From NCBI RefSeq assembly GCF_964355755.1, contig NC_092673.1, forward strand, positions 4,216,001-4,280,000: a stretch of DNA of 64,000 nucleotides. The letters run 5' to 3'. Made by a program: the position numbers and the translations under genes. The notes under the pieces were generated by a model. That model was not told where the DNA came from, made no database searches, and saw only the letters and a list, made by a program, of their open reading frames with translations. This document shows positions 58,711 to 64,000 of this stretch, one piece after another (within the stretch, counting starts at the first letter, position 1; every line of letters starts with the position of its first letter). The stretch is from Antedon mediterranea (Eukaryota > Animalia > Echinodermata).

Positions 58711-61700
58711 TTACAAAAAAAGTAAATGGGAATTCACACTTTTTCATAGTTGTAGTAGTAGTAGTTGATCAAGTTGATCCATTGTCCCATTTGTGGGGGT
58801 CAGGTAGAGAGCCTCAAAAGGTAGGGAGGTGAAACCATTCGCCATCCAAAAAATGTGCATCTACATCACAATATTTTCCACATTATAGAAACGTATTCTT
58901 AGCTGGATGAATTGGTTGCTTTAAAGGTGTGCCCATTAGAGGTTAGGTACGGTCAAAGAGGGATTATCAAATCATTAATCTTGGTAAATGACCAAATTCT
59001 CAAGCTAATGCTAATGTGGTTAGACTAACTAAAACAATTTGATTATCAGCATTTTAAAATTGTTAATCAAGTGAAACATGCCTTTACTTAATGATGTATG
59101 TAATTCTTAATTTAATGCGACATTATCAGTATTCCAATCCATAGATTTTTACGGAAGTATAATTAAGATTTTGGGGGTGATCTCATTCGGCTAAAGGACG
59201 TATACAAGTCGTATGTTAAGGATATGTGGTGTGGTTTTAATCTTTTAGAGACATAAAAATGTCACTCACCAAACAGTGAGCCTTCTTGCACCAAATATAA
59301 AATTTGCGTTATTCACTAATTAAACAAATATTTCTTTAATATTTGATATAATGGTTAAATTATTATTCATAGATGAGAAATTTATAGTAATAATATATAT
59401 TGCTACCTCTTTCATTTATAAGACACTTCAGTGGATGATATCTTTGATATAGATAACAATCTATCAATGGATAGTATATCTAGTTACATAGACAGGGAGG
59501 CTGCCCTATGCTCTGTTTCGGTAGGGGGCTGAACTAGGATATTTTTTCAGGTTTCTCTTCCATAAGAGCAAATAAACGAATTTGAGAATCGGTGAAAGAT
59601 GTTTCCTGCGAATAATCGTGTATAATAATTTTATATTTATCTATCATTACTTTTAGAACTTTATCAAGATTTATAGTTAAATATAAAACAACATTTAGTA
59701 AGACAAGTACAGGATAATCTATGCTTATGGCATATCCGTCAAATTTAAAAATAGAAATCTATCATTGCATTACGATGAAGAGGATTACATTTATAAAAAG
59801 GTATTTAAATTATTTAATATTAATTTATTCTTTATATATTTTATATATTTTTTTCTTTATATTTATTATAATGTAGACACTTGTAATTTATTCTTGAGCT
59901 TTGAAATATTTTGTACTCTTTTTCCGAAATAAAAAATGAAATGAAATGAATTAAAAAGCCATTTTTCCTTTATTATAAATATCATCGCTAGTTACATTAA
60001 TAATGATAACGTTCAGTTTTACAGGGAATTTTCTTTTAACACAATTTTACTAATAATATAATTCTAAATATCACAAATGTTTAGGGAGTGGAGAAGGTGA
60101 TTAGTAAATAACAAAGGCTTTCTATCAGCTCACCATGGATTAACTATCTTGTCCTCATCACCTTAAATTCTCTCCAAAATCATGCCACACATTTTCAATC
60201 ATAATAACATCAAACTAATAAAGGTCGTTGACCTGATGGCTATTCTGTCTATACACGCTTTTCCCTAGATGGAATTGCTTGATGTTCAAAATTCATTTAA
60301 ATGGTAATTTTTTTATATCGCTGTTATTTACTTAATGCCATTTGGCTGATAAATGCGATTGTCTTTGAAATCAATTTTCAAAATGATTTATGGGTAATAT
60401 CTGAGTGTCTCCATGTCAACTGTAAAGTGTATTTTAATTGGTAGAACATATCAACTCTGGCAAAAACACAATTCAATGTTTTATTTTTACCTGCTGTAAT
60501 GTCTAATAAAAAACATACTGTCAATAGTATAACACATTAAATACAATAAAAAAATAAAAGATATGAATAACTAATGTTTTTCAAGAATTGAAAAAGACCA
60601 TACATTATTATGTTATGTCATATTTTGTAAAAATACAAGACACACAACCAAATTTATATCAAGTCATTTACAGTTGTGTGCCAAAATATTTTGGCTGAAC
60701 TACAACTTACAGTATATATATATATATATATATGTCTTTATTCTATACCACAAGAGCTATATATTATATGTTTGACAATATTTTGGCATCAATTTGAATA
60801 AAGAACATTCTGGTGGTGTAACATTCTATTAAAAAAAACTCTTTATTACTAAACAGCATTATGTCCTAAAGTTAAAAAATATTTCAGAGTTTCAAATCAC
60901 CTGAAATAATGTGGCTTGAATTTCGCAAACTACATTTCCTGCAGCATGACCCACGGGAAAAGTGATGTGGTTTTACTTCCTTTACAATGACCCCACAGTC
61001 AACAAATACCACACGGAAATGTAGTAACTCCGATTATTCTTTTAAAATAAGTATACCAACATTTGCATTCATTTTTAAGAATAACAAATCTCAAATAATT
61101 TTCTAAACATATAAACATTTTTTTTAAATGTTTGTTAAAAATGCATTATTACATTTATTTTGGATAATTGCAGTGTTTAGACCTGAATAATAATAAAACA
61201 GGCAATGATTTTATAAATGCTGAGTTTCTTAATATTTGTATACTGTACTATTTGACCCAGTCAGCGTAATATTAAAGTAATACTGTTTTTACCAAAGGTT
61301 GGTATTTTTCTATGACAAATCCGGTAAAAAGATTCAACAATGTAAAAATCTTGACTCACAGGAAGAGAACTAAATTAACAATTGCATCAAAAAATCTGTA
61401 TGATCTTTTTTTATTGTTTGTCATTTGATAATTTTTACATTTTTTTCCTTCCCAAAATGTGGAAATTGTGTTGCATAAGACAGAAAATTATTTAACAAAG
61501 AAAAGTCATACCAAAGTTATGTGTATATCACCGGGCGGTTTAGAAATAATATTCTGTGCTTGATGTGTATATGAAAAAGTTATTAAAAAAACTCCATTAT
61601 CCTAAAATAAAATATATGAGCACAATGAATAGCAAAAATTAAGGTATATTCTCTTTTTTTATTGCAAACAATAATTTACATTTGAAAATTAAAAGTCAAA

Positions 61701-62554
61701 TTTAAAAGGTCGTTCTGATGATGCTTGCTGATACTTCCCCAATCTTATAAATATCAAATAAAATGATTAAGTAATCAGTCGGCGTCGACTGATCTAGAAA
61801 CTAAAATGTTTATCCCATCAATCAAATTAAAATATTCATTAATATTTAATTTTTATTTCAGGATGTACTGAGAATTTGGTGACTAACTATTTTATAATGT
61901 GTCAATGTTAGATTTTATCGTAATAATTGGTTTATAAATGTATTTGAAGTTACCCTTCAAGACTTTATTTTATTTATTCATTAATAGAATCCTTCCTTGT
62001 ATGTGCCTTTTCATTATTTCACTCATTTATTATGCGTTTTTGCAATTATTAAGGTTAATTACTAGATGCAGTGTTTGTTTTAAATAAATGTTATTAATCT
62101 GTTGGTAACTCCCACAAAGCCACAGATGCTGATATCATCCGAAAGCAGACTTGATCTTTGTCATAGACCCTAGGACGTATCTTTATATAAAATATCTAAA
62201 ATTGTGCTGTTTATGAAAGAATATAGATATAAATTGATTATAATTCGATGGAAAATCCTGTGGGGTAGTCATAAAGTTTGCTAGCTTTATATTCATTGGT
62301 TTTAAATATAAATCATGAAAACAAACGTCTCAAAGCAATGTGAAAATAAGTAAAAAAATGGAACAATTCAATTGAGAATGTAAAAGTTCATGCCAGTGCC
62401 TAAACCAAAATATTGGGATACGCCTGCGTCACTATTAAACCAGGGTTTGAAGTAATGAATCGCAGTTAGCATCAGGACTCGGGTGCTTCCTATACTAGCA
62501 AAGAAGGTAGCACCAGCAACTAATGACTAAACTGACAAAAATAAACAAATCTAA

Positions 62555-62688
62555 AGCTCTGTCTACACTATCAAACTTTATGTGACAACAAAATGTTATG
62601 TGCCCATATATGGACATGATAATGTCACCATATTTGAGCACATCACACTTTTTTTTGGTCAAATTAGTTTGATAGTGTAGACAGGGCT
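62555..62688. mobile_element. MITE family A copy
   Basis: TIRs flanked by TAA/TTA. Confidence 0.85.
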
Positions 62689-64000
62689 TTAAACCTTTAT
62701 TTATTTTACAAATGGAATCACAGATAAAAATGGAAGAATGCCACGATTTTGAATGGGATACATCGCAAGTTTGAATATAGATATCTTCATCAAAAATCTA
62801 TAATCGATAAAATTTTAGTTAAATTATTCAATACAATTTTTATCTAAAAATGTTCATGTTTCAAACAAAAATGATGAATATGACTCAATAAACATTGATA
62901 GGTGATGCTGCAGTTTTGATAATACTCACACGTTTGTATGTCATCACCAAAGTTGAAGCTACTCTCCTGAGACCGGGGTGATGGGGAAGGGGTAAAACAG
63001 GGTCAATTCAATGATAGATTCTCTTATTGTAAACTAGTGAAGACAATCTACAAGATTTGTTCGGTAAATCTCTTTTATTCGGCCAAAATACCACTAACAA
63101 GTAGCTTTGAAGAGACAGGATTAGGAGATGATTGTGATACGCCAATGGTGTCAAAGGTAACGAATATATATTTACAGATAAAAAGTAAAGACTTGTCCAT
63201 AATTCTTTTGTCTTAACTACATATTCAAAGATTAAACTGATCCATGATGTTTAGTGTTGAACATACAGAACTTAATACCTAATAGTCTTGCGTGGATCAA
63301 TGTAAAACTTTGTATGAGGTCTCGTTCAATAAGTTTTTTGTTTGTGTCAACGTTAAATACCTAATAAAATCACACTTTCTAAAACTTTAGGTGTTCAAGA
63401 AGATTCTGGTATAGTACTGTGACAGAACAAGGATTTGAACTTGGGCCAAGGGATTTGTAAACAATTTTTATGTCACTAATATAAATTAATGCTTTAGTTT
63501 TCTTCGAATTTATTATTATATTGTTGATGTTCTCTACTGAACCACCTTGGAAACCAATGCTACAGCACTGAAAGTTTCATTCAAAATAAAGACAGAATAA
63601 ATAAATAAATAATGTGCAGTGTCTTAAATCTAAAGAATGAAACTAAAAAATAAACATGTTTTTGTAATATGAAATTTCTTTTTCTTTAACAGCATTATTA
63701 GTTGAACAGTAATCGGTATAGCATTCCTAACCAACTAGCAACAGCTAAATTCTGCCCATGGCTATTTGCAAGGGTCAAGTTTACCTATAGACAAGTTAGG
63801 GTTGGGTTTATTATTATGTTTGTGTGTTCTAATTTTCAAAGTGGATTATACTTTTCTAATTTAATTATTTTAACAACAGTTTGTACATTAATATTAATAG
63901 AAATGTTTATGTTAAATGCCGTTTATATGTAAACACACAGTGTTTCACATTTGATTTTTGATCACTTGTTCTTTACTTTAATATTTCCTTGTATGAATGG

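Noticed and set aside
34266-64000. miR-218 homologue in Slit introns (as in vertebrate SLIT2/3)
   Set aside because: No match to the mature sequence was seen; the TCTAACCATG at 39336 is explained by the TSD/hairpin insertion.

Overview
AT-rich, intron-rich eukaryotic (invertebrate animal, probably deuterostome; inference) genomic DNA, not prokaryotic. Six protein-coding genes were reconstructed exon by exon. They are an ENTPD4/7-like Golgi apyrase (-, 3' part not found in the window) head-to-head with BNIP1/SEC20 (+), an NSD-family H3K36 methyltransferase (-) head-to-head with a compact FBXO30/40-like F-box gene (+), an intronless GPR83-like GPCR (-), and the 3' two-thirds of Slit (-; LRR D2 to the cystine knot). 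Non-coding DNA holds about 16 copies of one PIF/Harbinger-type MITE, other MITE families, tRNA-derived SINE fragments, two near-identical inverted hairpin elements, a 21-bp minisatellite and an 87-bp tandem duplication. Most notable: three GC-AG introns with the same AG|GCAAGT donor in three consecutive genes, and two intronic tandem arrays that share a TGGCAAGTAG..CCTAGAG motif and multiply donor-like sequences. Also notable are a degenerate hammerhead ribozyme in a Slit intron, a glycosaminoglycan-attachment-like EGSGED linker and a possible truncating exon in Slit, and a gene set matching the vertebrate 4p/5q/8p/10q paralogon. All calls are by eye; no searches were run.
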